NCBI GenBank assembly: GCA_038230095.1
Contig: JBBRNT010000005.1
Span: 18,619-82,618, forward strand
Source: Candidatus Saccharimonadia bacterium
Lineage (GTDB): Bacteria; Patescibacteriota; Saccharimonadia; UBA4664; JBBRNT01
DNA length: 64,000 bases
Reading direction: 5' to 3'
Under the pieces are notes generated by a model. It was not told the DNA's origin. It did no database searches and saw only the letters and a list, made by a program, of their open reading frames with translations. Position 1 is the stretch's first letter, and every line of letters starts with the position of its first letter. Made by a program: the position numbers and the translations under genes. This document shows, one piece after another, positions 1 to 9,270 of the stretch.

Positions 1-409
1 AGGCAATGTAGCGTGTGGATTGCTCTAAATAGGCCATAAGCCTCCCCCACTCAAGTACTTTGGTCAGGATGTTTGAGGCCTGCTCGCAGGCCAAGTGGAC
101 TCCGCCGAGCTGGGCGACTGAGTCGTCACCAAACTCGAAGAAGACCTTCTCGTACATCTGTTCGGCGCGGGCCAGGCCAGCCCTAGTCATGGTCAAACTT
201 TCAGGGTCGAAATCCTTCGCGAACTCGTCCAGGAAGAGTCGGCGCAGACTCTTGTGCGTCCGCGAGTAACGGGCAAAAAGCGCACCGGCGACTACCTGTG
301 GCATGTTGGTGAGCGCGAATACCGGCCCATCCAGATTGGTGAAGAAATGGCGGAGGATGCTCCGCTCGGCAGCGGTGAACTCTTCTTGGTAGTAGGTGGT
401 GCTGGTCAT
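1..409 (-). CDS. thyX: FAD-dependent thymidylate synthase ThyX, N-terminal part (runs off window start)
   Basis: Manual translation MTSTTYYQEEF..FTNLDGPVFAL..ALFARYSR..YEKVFFEFGDDSVAQLGGVHLACEQASN..YLEQSTRY matches the long ThyX type; ATGA overlap with tmk stop; not in ORF track because truncated. Confidence 0.85.
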   Translation of the reverse strand, partial: MTSTTYYQEEFTAAERSILRHFFTNLDGPVFALTNMPQVVAGALFARYSRTHKSLRRLFLDEFAKDFDPESLTMTRAGLARAEQMYEKVFFEFGDDSVAQLGGVHLACEQASNILTKVLEWGRLMAYLEQSTRYIA

Positions 410-1233
410 GACAGGTCCTTTGTGAGCTGGTGGATAGTGGATAGTGCCTTCTTGGACTGCTGGGCGTCTGTCGCGGCGCGTGAGATGACATACTGATCGT
501 CCTCCAGAGTAATTCCCGCTCCCCAGGCGATAAGCCAGACTATACCCTGCATGATCTCGGCATGAACGGATTGCCGATCACGGTTACCGTCGATACCGCG
601 GTACGAGCCATTAAAACGTGCGAGGTTGCGGTAGCCGTCGTTGACGCGGCGACGAAACTCCAGGCCAGCGTCTTCGTAGCGGTCGGCAACCACACGGTTT
701 TCGAGGGCATCTCTGGCGTGGCCACGTTCGAGCGCGATGTCTAGCGGGATGTCCAGAATGAACTCTATATGTGGCTGCGCGGCTACAATGGCACACATGA
801 CTAGCTGAGTGAAAATGTGCCGAGGATCACCCGGTATGCCGGAGGACGTAAACATGTTCACGAAGCGCGCATCGTCGCGTAGTCCGTGGCCGTATCCCTG
901 AAGTGCGATGGTCGAAGTATAGCTACGATCTGACACGACCCATGTGCCCGCGTCCAGCATTGGCCGGACAACCTTGGCAAGCATATTTGCGCGGGCCGTC
1001 GAAAATCCGAAAACCTCGGCCATTGGGTCGATGGGGTGCGGCGAGTGCTTTAACATCTCGCGCAACTCTTCTGCAAAAGGGTCTCCACCCGGTTCTCGTA
1101 CGTATTGCACACGGATGCCGCGGAGTTTAAGTGCTTCGACAAGCAGATGGGCTTGCTCTGTTTTGCCAGCCCCTTCATCACCTTCGATAACTATATACAT
1201 GCCTTCATCTTGATTGCTGAGACTTCGGATCAT
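406..1233 (-). CDS. tmk: thymidylate kinase
   Basis: IVIEGDEGAGKT P-loop, REPGG, SDRS motifs. Confidence 0.92.
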   Translation of the reverse strand: MIRSLSNQDEGMYIVIEGDEGAGKTEQAHLLVEALKLRGIRVQYVREPGGDPFAEELREMLKHSPHPIDPMAEVFGFSTARANMLAKVVRPMLDAGTWVVSDRSYTSTIALQGYGHGLRDDARFVNMFTSSGIPGDPRHIFTQLVMCAIVAAQPHIEFILDIPLDIALERGHARDALENRVVADRYEDAGLEFRRRVNDGYRNLARFNGSYRGIDGNRDRQSVHAEIMQGIVWLIAWGAGITLEDDQYVISRAATDAQQSKKALSTIHQLTKDLS

Positions 1234-1372
1234 GGCGACCGCTTTCTGTTGCGTTCAGATTGTGAATGAGCTACTCCGCCCTTGCTATGTGTATGATACC
1301 TAGAAACCGAACAAAAGCCAAGCACTAGACTCCCTCTATCTGTAATGCGCTCGTCATACTACAATAAAGGCT

Positions 1373-2050
1373 ATGTCGCCAAAGAAGATTACTTTACTAG
1401 CCAGCGCTTCGCTCATTCTCTCAGGGGGGATGGTAAGTGGACTGTGGTACTGGCACGTCCGCTCCCAAGACGAGGCGGAGAGCTCTTCGGCAAGTAGCAA
1501 TACCAATACGCAGGGTAGCCCACGCCTGCAGCCCGCGCCAGGCCCTGACAGTATTAGTCTGAATACTGCGACTAGTAATGCCGGTCAAGCTGGGTCAAGT
1601 ATTCCCATAGATACCTCCACCCCAAGTGGTGGTGGAGCCAAACCAGCCGGTAGTACCCCGCAACCCAGCGGTACGGATCCCAATAAGCCAGATTCAGACT
1701 TCAGCCAGTTTGATCAGTACAAAACTGCTGAGAATGCACTATACCAGGATATTAGCCTTGGTAGCGGCGCAGAGGCTGCCGCTGGTAAACAGCTGACGGT
1801 GAACTACCGTGGGTGGTTGACGACTGGCGCGTTATTTGATGAAAGCTACTCTAAAGGCAAGCCCTTTGTGTTTGTGCCAGGCCAACACCAGGTAATACAG
1901 GGTTGGGAAACGGGGGTTTTGGGTATGAAAATAGGCGGTAAACGCAGATTAATAGTGCCACCAAAAGTGGGCTATGGTGATACAACTCAGGGGCCAATAC
2001 CCGGCGGCTCAGTCCTAGTATTTGATGTTGAGCTGGTCGGTGTTCAGTAG
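1373..2050 (+). CDS. membrane-anchored FKBP-type peptidyl-prolyl isomerase
   Basis: N-terminal TM, S/P/T-rich linker, C-terminal VNYRG..FDES..VIQGWE..GGKRRLIVPP..GYG. Confidence 0.92.
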   Translation: MSPKKITLLASASLILSGGMVSGLWYWHVRSQDEAESSSASSNTNTQGSPRLQPAPGPDSISLNTATSNAGQAGSSIPIDTSTPSGGGAKPAGSTPQPSGTDPNKPDSDFSQFDQYKTAENALYQDISLGSGAEAAAGKQLTVNYRGWLTTGALFDESYSKGKPFVFVPGQHQVIQGWETGVLGMKIGGKRRLIVPPKVGYGDTTQGPIPGGSVLVFDVELVGVQ

Positions 2051-2101
2051 GTCTATTTGAGCACGATCCGACAAGCGGATCGTGCGCGTAGGAGCAACTG
2101 A

Positions 2102-2920
2102 CTACTCGGCGGTAAAGTCGATGATCTCCAGGGGACGGGGCAACATTCGTGAGGGTAGCCAGTTCGCTATAATCTCGGCCACGTTGGTACCAGTCTGGTA
2201 GTGACCGGAGGTGCCATACGACTGGCCAGATGGCTGCATGCTGAAGAAGATCATCTGGGCAATCGGCTGCCCTACCACCAGAGGCACCGAGACGTCGTTG
2301 TTATTGTTCTTGATTTCCATGGTCCAGCGGGCCACAAAGCCCTCATCGCCCCAGCCGGCATCGTAACAGACGCTAATGGCTAGGCGACCGATCGTGGACT
2401 TAGCGTGCATCATGCTGGTGCCGCCGTACTTGATGCCAATTGACTCCATGGTGTGCCCAAGGATGCGCTCCCCGGGATGAAGTACAATGATCTGCGCATC
2501 TGGTGGGATATTGCTGAGCGGCGAGTGCCCAGTGTGCCGGCACCATTCCTCGTGCGTTAGGGCCGTTTTGGCGTTGCTGAAGCTCTCCTGGATGCTGTCG
2601 GGGTCATACGGGTTCATAATGCGCGAGGGTACATCTGAGCGTGTCGTGCAGTAGCTGGGCCCGAGACGGACGTCAACGCTGCTGGTTTGGACGAGCTGTG
2701 GGTGAAAGGGCTCTATGACGATCTGCCCGGCCTCGCGGGCAGCGATAATCTGAGGGCCGTTCATGACCCCGCCGGTTTGCGCGAGGATGAGCAGAATGAA
2801 GTCCAGGGCGGCTCGGTCATTGGCGGGTTTGAAGAGCGGTTCTTTGCAGAGCATGGCATCGAACAGCCGCTTTAGCTGGGCGATAACCGAAGTATCGTTA
2901 GGAGTGGAGGTATCCGTCAT
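2102..2920 (-). CDS. dcd: dCTP deaminase
   Basis: SSVDVRLG, KSTIGRL, AGWGDEGF..WTMEI, IAQMIF motifs. Confidence 0.88.
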   Translation of the reverse strand: MTDTSTPNDTSVIAQLKRLFDAMLCKEPLFKPANDRAALDFILLILAQTGGVMNGPQIIAAREAGQIVIEPFHPQLVQTSSVDVRLGPSYCTTRSDVPSRIMNPYDPDSIQESFSNAKTALTHEEWCRHTGHSPLSNIPPDAQIIVLHPGERILGHTMESIGIKYGGTSMMHAKSTIGRLAISVCYDAGWGDEGFVARWTMEIKNNNNDVSVPLVVGQPIAQMIFFSMQPSGQSYGTSGHYQTGTNVAEIIANWLPSRMLPRPLEIIDFTAE

Positions 2921-2983
2921 ATCATATCCTTATTGTCGAAGGGCGCACCTGTGCTCAGACTAACAGATTGGGCTTTTAATACC

Positions 2984-3013
2984 AAAAAAACCGCCCCTAT
3001 GGGCGGTTTTTTT
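2984..3013 (-). terminator. intrinsic terminator after rplA (symmetric, possibly bidirectional)
   Basis: A7-CCGCCC-ctat-GGGCGG-T7. Confidence 0.85.
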
Positions 3014-3028
3014 CTGGAGAAGTCTTAA

Positions 3029-4027
3029 TTACTTCTTGGGATTGGCTTCGGCAATAACCGAAGTGACGTCGAGCTTAATGCCAGGTCCCATGGTGGTTGT
3101 CAGATTGATAGCCTTTACATAGGTGCCCTTAGCAGACGATGGCTTAGCCTTGAGTAAGGCGTTGATGAGGGTACGGGCGTTGTTGAGCAGCTGTGCTTCG
3201 CTAAAGCTGACTTTGCCGATAGCCTGGTGCACAATAGCCTGCTTATCAATACGGTACTCCACGCGACCAGCCTTGGCCTCGGCGACGGCTTTTGCGACAT
3301 CAGCAGTGACGGTACCGCTCTTAGGGTTCGGCATGAGACCCTTAGGTCCTAGAACCTTGGCAACCCGGCCGAGCTTAGCCATCATGTCCGGTGTGGCAAC
3401 CAGCATGTCGAAGTCCAGCTTACCAGCTTCAATGTCGGCCAGAAGTGAGTCGTCTTTGACAATGTCAGCGCCGGCCTTTTTGGCGGCGTCGTGCTTGTCG
3501 GCGGGTGCAATAACTGCCACGCGGATCTTCTTGCCGGTGCCTTCTGGTAGTACCAGGGTGCCACGGATCATTTGGTCGGCCTGGCGGGGATCTACACCCA
3601 GGTTGACGTGCAGCTCTACGCTGGCGTCAAACTTCACCTTAGATGTCTGCTTGGCGAGTGTGACGGCCTCAACTAGCTCGTAGCTCTTGTCGCGGTCAAT
3701 AAGCTCGCTGGCAGCACGCCAGTTCTTGCCATGCATGTGCAGCGGATTGGGCTTGGTCTGGACAGCCTTGGGCTTATCCTCTTCGTCATTGCCCTCGGCA
3801 ACACGAGCTTTGCGCTCAGCTTCCGCTTCGGCTTCTTCAACAGCTTTCTTACTATGCTTGCCGGCTTTGGTGAACTTTACGTCGGCGTCGGACTCCTCGA
3901 CAGGCTCTACAGCAGCAGCAACGTCTTCGGCAACAAGCTCGGCGGCCTCGGTGGCAATTTCTTCAATAATTTCCTGCTCAACTGGCTCGAGCTCGGGTTG
4001 GTTTTCGGTGGACTTGGCCTTAGCCAT
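3029..4027 (-). CDS. rplA: 50S ribosomal protein L1 with acidic N-terminal extension
   Basis: [28 protein letters not shown]; start moved to MAKAK after AAGGAG RBS. Confidence 0.97.
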   Translation of the reverse strand: MAKAKSTENQPELEPVEQEIIEEIATEAAELVAEDVAAAVEPVEESDADVKFTKAGKHSKKAVEEAEAEAERKARVAEGNDEEDKPKAVQTKPNPLHMHGKNWRAASELIDRDKSYELVEAVTLAKQTSKVKFDASVELHVNLGVDPRQADQMIRGTLVLPEGTGKKIRVAVIAPADKHDAAKKAGADIVKDDSLLADIEAGKLDFDMLVATPDMMAKLGRVAKVLGPKGLMPNPKSGTVTADVAKAVAEAKAGRVEYRIDKQAIVHQAIGKVSFSEAQLLNNARTLINALLKAKPSSAKGTYVKAINLTTTMGPGIKLDVTSVIAEANPKK

Positions 4028-4033
4028 AATTAA

Positions 4034-4078
4034 CTCCTTCGTGGTTCCAGCGTCCTGCGTAAGCGGGACTCCCACATC
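4034..4078 (-). promoter_or_regulatory. L1-binding autoregulatory leader upstream of rplA
   Basis: minus strand GTGGGAG-hairpin-ACCACGAAGGAG. Confidence 0.7.
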
Positions 4079-4086
4079 AACTAATA

Positions 4087-4518
4087 TTATTCTTCGACGG
4101 TAATGCCCATGCTGCGCGCTTGGCCGGCAATGATCTTGGCAGCGGCAACAATGTCATTGGCGTTGAGATCTTGCATCTTCATTTCGGCAATCTCATTGAC
4201 TTGGGCCTTCGTTAGACTGGCAACCTTGGTCTTGTTCGGAACGCCAGAGCCCTTCTCGACACCGGCAGCTTTGCGGATAAGACCAGCGGCTGGGGGCGTA
4301 GAAGTAGTAAACGAGAAAGTCCGGTCAACGTAGACGGTGATCTTAACGGGGACAATAACGTCGCCAAAGCCCTTGGTCTGCTCGTTGAAGGCGTTAATGA
4401 ACTCCATCATGTTCAGACCGTGCTGACCCAGGGTGGATCCCACGGGAGGGGCTGGTGTAGCCTTGCCGGCCATTACTCGGAACTTGATGCGGGCTTTAAT
4501 TGCTTTTGGTTCTGCCAT
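4087..4518 (-). CDS. rplK: 50S ribosomal protein L11
   Basis: [27 protein letters not shown]. Confidence 0.97.
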   Translation of the reverse strand: MAEPKAIKARIKFRVMAGKATPAPPVGSTLGQHGLNMMEFINAFNEQTKGFGDVIVPVKITVYVDRTFSFTTSTPPAAGLIRKAAGVEKGSGVPNKTKVASLTKAQVNEIAEMKMQDLNANDIVAAAKIIAGQARSMGITVEE

Positions 4519-4523
4519 AGTAT

Positions 4524-4569
4524 CTCCTTCGTGGTGCAAACGATCCGCCGGGGCGGGTCTCCCACATCA
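4524..4569 (-). promoter_or_regulatory. L1-binding autoregulatory leader upstream of rplK
   Basis: minus strand GTGGGAG-hairpin-ACCACGAAGGAG, same architecture as the copy at 4034-4078. Confidence 0.7.
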
Positions 4570-4577
4570 TTTATTAA

Positions 4578-5114
4578 TTACAGTTTCTTGACCTGGAGGC
4601 TGTCGAGCTCCACGGGTGTCTCGCGACCGAACATGTTTACGAGGACCTTGATCTTGCCCTTGTTCTCGTCAATCTCATTGACCATACCGTCGAAGCCCTT
4701 GAAGGGACCGTCAGTAATGTTGACCGACTCGCCAATGCTGAAGTCAATGTTGTACTTCGGCTCCTCAACTCCCATGCGCTTCTGGATATGACGGACCTCA
4801 TCTGGGCTGATTGGGGTAGGTGTAGTGCCTGAGCCAACAAAGCCGGTAACGTTTGGTGTGTTACGGACAACGTACCAAGAGTCCTCGGTAACGTCCATTT
4901 GAACCAGCACGTAGCCTGGGAATATGCGGCGCTCAACAATGCGGCGCTTGCCGTTCTTAATCTCGATTTGATTTTCCTTAGGGACAATCACGTCGAATAT
5001 CTTGTCGGCCATATCCATGGTCTCAATACGCTGGCGGAGGTTTTCGGAGACACGATCCTCATAGCCCGAATAGGTATGGATAACGTACCACTGCTGTTTT
5101 GTGTCTTTGGACAT
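4578..5114 (-). CDS. nusG: transcription termination/antitermination factor NusG
   Basis: WYVIHTYSGYE, FPGYVLV, KOW DGPF, FGRETPVEL. Confidence 0.98.
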   Translation of the reverse strand: MSKDTKQQWYVIHTYSGYEDRVSENLRQRIETMDMADKIFDVIVPKENQIEIKNGKRRIVERRIFPGYVLVQMDVTEDSWYVVRNTPNVTGFVGSGTTPTPISPDEVRHIQKRMGVEEPKYNIDFSIGESVNITDGPFKGFDGMVNEIDENKGKIKVLVNMFGRETPVELDSLQVKKL

Positions 5115-5115
5115 A

Positions 5116-5304
5116 CTAACCCTTCAAGATTATTCGTTGCAAAATGGTCGTGAAAACGTAGTCAAGACCGGCGATGAAAAAGGCGATGACCAGTGAGAAA
5201 ACGATCACGGTCAGAGTCATTTGGGCGGCGGCTTTGCGGGTGGGCCAATTGACCTTCATGAGCTCGGCTCTGGCCTCACGGAAATACGCGACGATGCTGT
5301 TCAT
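5116..5304 (-). CDS. secE: preprotein translocase SecE
   Basis: ELMKVNWPTRK plus one TM, directly upstream of nusG. Confidence 0.93.
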   Translation of the reverse strand: MNSIVAYFREARAELMKVNWPTRKAAAQMTLTVIVFSLVIAFFIAGLDYVFTTILQRIILKG

Positions 5305-5407
5305 ATCTACTCCTCTACAGCTAGTATCTCAGATACTGCCCAATCAAAAAAGCCTCCTAGGAGCCTTTAGTCAAATTATAGCCTTTGGGAGCCAAAAGTC
5401 AAGCAGT

Positions 5408-6982
5408 TTAGCGCCAAACAAACCAGAAGCCAGCGCCGTTGCCCACACCTGTAAGTAGTGGGCCACCCAGGAGCCAGACCGCTACTACGGCCCCACCGGC
5501 AAGCAACATAAGGCTGAGTCCGAGAATGATTGCCGGGGCGAGCTGAGCGCGGCTATCATTACGGCCAAGCGTAAGGGCAACTAGGGCGTCTGGCAGGTGT
5601 GCTGCTACGGCTTCGCGATAGGCGTGGAGCCACAGAACAACAACGTAGACCAGGACGTAGTGGTAGGCAACGCCAATAGCAACGATAGAAACGAATAGAA
5701 TAAGGCTGAGATAGGTGGCTAGGTCGCCAATGGTGCCCAGAGTGACGGCCGCAGTGCCGATGATTGCAAGCGCGAGGAGACCTACGCCCAAAACTACTGC
5801 AAGTGATAGTGCGGCCACACCCAGAGTATGGCGCCGCCTAGCGCGGTAGAGCCGGCCACCGACCTTCCAGGCTGCCAGGGGGCTGAGAGCCCCAAGAACC
5901 ACCGCTTGGCTGCTATAGACTGTTCGTGCCCCCACCGCGATTGCTAGTAGAAGCGCCGCGCCACCACCGACTGCCTGCACCGCGTACTGAACAACAGCAC
6001 CGTAGCCTAGGGTAGGTGCGAGGTACACGATAGCAATGCCGGCCGTTATAACGGGTATTACCAAGACTGCGCCAAGTAAGTCGACGCCAATGAGCCCGGG
6101 AAGGGAGTTCCAGGCAGCTACTGACCAATCACCAGGGTCTACCGGTCGCTCATCAAGCTGTTTCGCGTAGCCATGCGTCAGGGCCGCCAATGCCCACACC
6201 TTAGTTAAAATACCAAGAACGCCATAGCCTACTACAGCAATAAGGCCGATAAGCCCCAGGTGCGTTGCTAGGCCGGTTTTGGAGGCAACAAGTAGCGACC
6301 AGAGCATGCCGGCGGAGTGACGACTCCAGGTGAGGGACTGCCCCCGGATTGAACCAAGCTTAATGGCGAACCACAGTGCAGCGGGTACGGCGACAACAAT
6401 AGTGGCGGTTAGTCCAAATCGTCGACCAACTGGGCTCGAACTATGGTGGTGGGCTAGACTGTGCGCCCCGCTGAGCGCCATCATGGGCCCGTGACCGGTA
6501 TTGATACGTCCATGGGGCGAAGTGCTACTCGATCTCGCGGTGCCCATAAGTGGCTTGCTTGGGCTAGCGTGCGGTAGGAGGGCAGGAACCGGTAAGACAG
6601 TGGGCAGAGCTGGGCCAGCGGGACTACCAAAACTTCCGGTAGCCCGAGGCCGCGGACGGGCAGCTGCAGGCTGGCTCTTGGGAGTGCTCATGCTGTCTAC
6701 CATGGGCTGAGGGGAGGACTGGGGACTGGGGGCTGGGACTTTTGGCAGGGGTTTTAGCGCCGGGTGCTCGCTGGGTGTGAGCTTGGCGGGCGAAGTGAGC
6801 GTGCGTTCATGAGCGGTTGGGCCAGTAGTAATAGTAACCGCCGCCGGCGTGGGTAGCTTGGGTACTGCCGGTGCTGGTTGGGCAGTTACCGGTTTTTCGG
6901 GTATAAGGAATCCGCAATTCAGGCAGAAGCTTTGACCCTGAATTGCAACATTATCATCGGCCTGACAGTTTGGACAAACCAT
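5408..6982 (-). CDS. hypothetical multi-pass membrane protein with N-terminal zinc ribbon and Pro-rich linker
   Basis: CPNC..CLNC, ~150 aa P/S/A-rich segment, several hydrophobic helices. Confidence 0.7.
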   Translation of the reverse strand: MVCPNCQADDNVAIQGQSFCLNCGFLIPEKPVTAQPAPAVPKLPTPAAVTITTGPTAHERTLTSPAKLTPSEHPALKPLPKVPAPSPQSSPQPMVDSMSTPKSQPAAARPRPRATGSFGSPAGPALPTVLPVPALLPHASPSKPLMGTARSSSTSPHGRINTGHGPMMALSGAHSLAHHHSSSPVGRRFGLTATIVVAVPAALWFAIKLGSIRGQSLTWSRHSAGMLWSLLVASKTGLATHLGLIGLIAVVGYGVLGILTKVWALAALTHGYAKQLDERPVDPGDWSVAAWNSLPGLIGVDLLGAVLVIPVITAGIAIVYLAPTLGYGAVVQYAVQAVGGGAALLLAIAVGARTVYSSQAVVLGALSPLAAWKVGGRLYRARRRHTLGVAALSLAVVLGVGLLALAIIGTAAVTLGTIGDLATYLSLILFVSIVAIGVAYHYVLVYVVVLWLHAYREAVAAHLPDALVALTLGRNDSRAQLAPAIILGLSLMLLAGGAVVAVWLLGGPLLTGVGNGAGFWFVWR

Positions 6983-7070
6983 TAGCTTTATTAAACCATT
7001 TTATTGCCTAAGCTAGCAAGAATAACGCTCTGCCAAGAGCAGAAACGTCTGGCTGGCCGGGATAAGATGG

Positions 7071-7484
7071 CTAGGCGTGACGCGTGGCGTAGTGCTTCTT
7101 AATGTGACGCACGGTCAGAGCATAGTAGAGCATATAAAGGACAATAATGGTTGCAAGGGAACCCCCGGTGATCCAGCTCACATAGTCGGGGGCGTTTGGA
7201 TCTTCCGGTGCGCTATCGGCCTCACCTGCTAGATAGGTGGTGACAGTAAGCTTGTCGGCGGTTGGCTGAAGCGTATTAAGATTGGGGGCAGACAGGGACT
7301 CGCTCTGTCTGTCTGCTATAGCCTGGAGCGCCTGCGAGGAGCCGGACTGTAACATGCTGGAGTCGAGAGACTGGTTGGCCGCAGCAGGAGTAGACGCTGC
7401 CGGACCTAGATCCGAAGCTGCATCGGCCAGGCAGAGAGCCGGGACGGTGCTAAGGGCAATAATAATTAGCAATCGAGGTAGCAT
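7071..7484 (-). CDS. hypothetical exported protein with C-terminal TM anchor
   Basis: signal-peptide-like N-terminus, C-terminal hydrophobic helix and basic tail. Confidence 0.65.
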   Translation of the reverse strand: MLPRLLIIIALSTVPALCLADAASDLGPAASTPAAANQSLDSSMLQSGSSQALQAIADRQSESLSAPNLNTLQPTADKLTVTTYLAGEADSAPEDPNAPDYVSWITGGSLATIIVLYMLYYALTVRHIKKHYATRHA

Positions 7485-7516
7485 TAGCTTATCTTAGCGC
7501 GCCTGGGAGGAGTTGG

Positions 7517-8248
7517 CTATGGTTTTCGCGGTCCTGTGGGTCCGAAACGCTCGGTCTTGATGCTCTCTGGCGCGTAGCCCACCTCCACCAGCTTACTGCT
7601 CACTGCCTCTACGAATGGCGTTGGCCCGCAGATGAAGAACTGCTTGCTTTCCCCTACCGTCTCATGCAGCATTTCGGCATCAAAGATACGCCGATACCCT
7701 GTCCAGCCTTCTGGCGCTACATTGGTGAAGCTAAGAAAAGTGTTGGGATCGTCCCATAGAGCGGCATACATGAGCGACTCGGGCTGCCGGACGCTGTAGA
7801 GGACACGCATAGGCGCGGGCGTGGCGGCTTGCTGGTGAGTACGCCACATGGCAACAAGTGGCACAATACCGGAGCCGCCGCCCAGAAGCATGGTGGGAGT
7901 GGGATCCTCGGGATGCCAGGTGAAGTAGTGACTACCGGCTAGTTTTATCTCCAGCTGCATCCCTGGCTTGGCGTAGCTACCTAGGTAACCAGAGACTTCA
8001 CCCCCCTCTAGTACTTGCACTCCCAGATCAAAAAACATACTGCCGTCGTCGGCGCTGGCTATAGAATAGGCGCGCACAGCCTGGTAGCCGTCCTCACCCG
8101 TCAGTCGGACGTCCAGGTGCTGGCCCGCTAAGTGTGGGGGCTTGTTCTCCAGCTGCAAACGCAGGCCTATAGCCTCGCCACTCTCTTGCCAGCGATCGGC
8201 AATGGTAGCTATCTGCCAGTCGTGATGGGTCTCATTACTCAAGCTCAA
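7517..8248 (-). CDS. ferredoxin-NAD(P) reductase-family FAD-binding oxidoreductase
   Basis: RAYSIAS, GEVS, GGGSGIVP, ICGP..F, ERF motifs. Confidence 0.9.
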   Translation of the reverse strand: MSLSNETHHDWQIATIADRWQESGEAIGLRLQLENKPPHLAGQHLDVRLTGEDGYQAVRAYSIASADDGSMFFDLGVQVLEGGEVSGYLGSYAKPGMQLEIKLAGSHYFTWHPEDPTPTMLLGGGSGIVPLVAMWRTHQQAATPAPMRVLYSVRQPESLMYAALWDDPNTFLSFTNVAPEGWTGYRRIFDAEMLHETVGESKQFFICGPTPFVEAVSSKLVEVGYAPESIKTERFGPTGPRKP

Positions 8249-8657
8249 GGACTAGCTCCTTTACTCGTTCCTTAATGTCGTCGCGGGTAATGCGTGTCTG
8301 ATCGCGATCAAAATCGACGGGATCTGACATGGACCACTCGATAACGTCTGGTTCGCCCTGGAGCCAGTCTGGCCACTCATTGGTTGGCGCCAGAACTACC
8401 ACTAGATCGAAGTTAGCCAGATCTGATTCATGGAGCTGTTGGCGCACGCAGTGGCGAATGTCTATACCCTCCTCGTCCATAACTGCGATAGTGTCGTTGG
8501 CGCGAGGTGCTTCGTCCAGTGTCTTGCCAGGCTGCTCGACGGCGTAGCCCCGGGACTCAGCCGGCATGTCTGTCAGATCCTGATAGAGTGCTGCTGCCAT
8601 CTGGCTGCGCCCGGTATTGGCCCTGCAGACGAACAGAATACGAACGCTAGTCGCCAC
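8235..8657 (-). CDS. low-molecular-weight phosphatase / ArsC-family protein
   Basis: ILFVCRANTGRSQMA P-loop, W..SDP; start (GTG) uncertain. Confidence 0.8.
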   Translation of the reverse strand: MATSVRILFVCRANTGRSQMAAALYQDLTDMPAESRGYAVEQPGKTLDEAPRANDTIAVMDEEGIDIRHCVRQQLHESDLANFDLVVVLAPTNEWPDWLQGEPDVIEWSMSDPVDFDRDQTRITRDDIKERVKELVLELE

Positions 8658-9255
8658 TGTACCGCTCTTCTTTCCAGGGGTCACCGTGATTGTTGTAGCC
8701 ATTTACTTCCCAGAACCCCGGCGCGTCGTGGTCGAGCAACTGTAGCCCGCGCACCCACTTGGCGCTTTTCCAGAGGTATAGATGCGGCACGAATAGCCGC
8801 GCTGGTCCGCCGTGCTGGGCTTCCAGGGGTGCGTTATCGAAATTAAAAGCCAGCATAGCTTGGCCATTCAAGACGTCCGCGAGCGGTAGATTGGTGGTGT
8901 AGCCTCCGTCGCAGTAGGCAACCACATACTTGGCCTCTGGCTTGGGCACAGCGAGCTTAAATAGGTCGTCCAGCGATACGCCCTGCCAGGTGGTATCTAG
9001 CTTGCTCCAGCGCGTGACACAGTGAATATCGGTATTCATGGTGCTCATGGGCAGTTTCTGCATCTCGTCCCAGCTCCACTCCATCTCATGCTCGACAAGT
9101 CCTTCTATCTTGAAGCTCCATTGTTCGGTGGGGACGTGCGGCGTAGGCCCATAGGTGAGCACAGGCCAGTCGGTAACCAGGAATTGTCCGGGTGGTACAC
9201 GCTTAGGATCGACAGCATCACGTTTGCGGCCGAATCCAGCATTAATAATAGACAT
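8647..9255 (-). CDS. sulfite-oxidase-like molybdopterin-dependent oxidoreductase
   Basis: PPGQ, DIHCVTRWS, HGGPARL, WKSAKW, GFWE..GY..GDPWKEERY. Confidence 0.92.
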   Translation of the reverse strand: MSIINAGFGRKRDAVDPKRVPPGQFLVTDWPVLTYGPTPHVPTEQWSFKIEGLVEHEMEWSWDEMQKLPMSTMNTDIHCVTRWSKLDTTWQGVSLDDLFKLAVPKPEAKYVVAYCDGGYTTNLPLADVLNGQAMLAFNFDNAPLEAQHGGPARLFVPHLYLWKSAKWVRGLQLLDHDAPGFWEVNGYNNHGDPWKEERYSGD

Positions 9256-9270
9256 ATATCCTCCTCGCTA

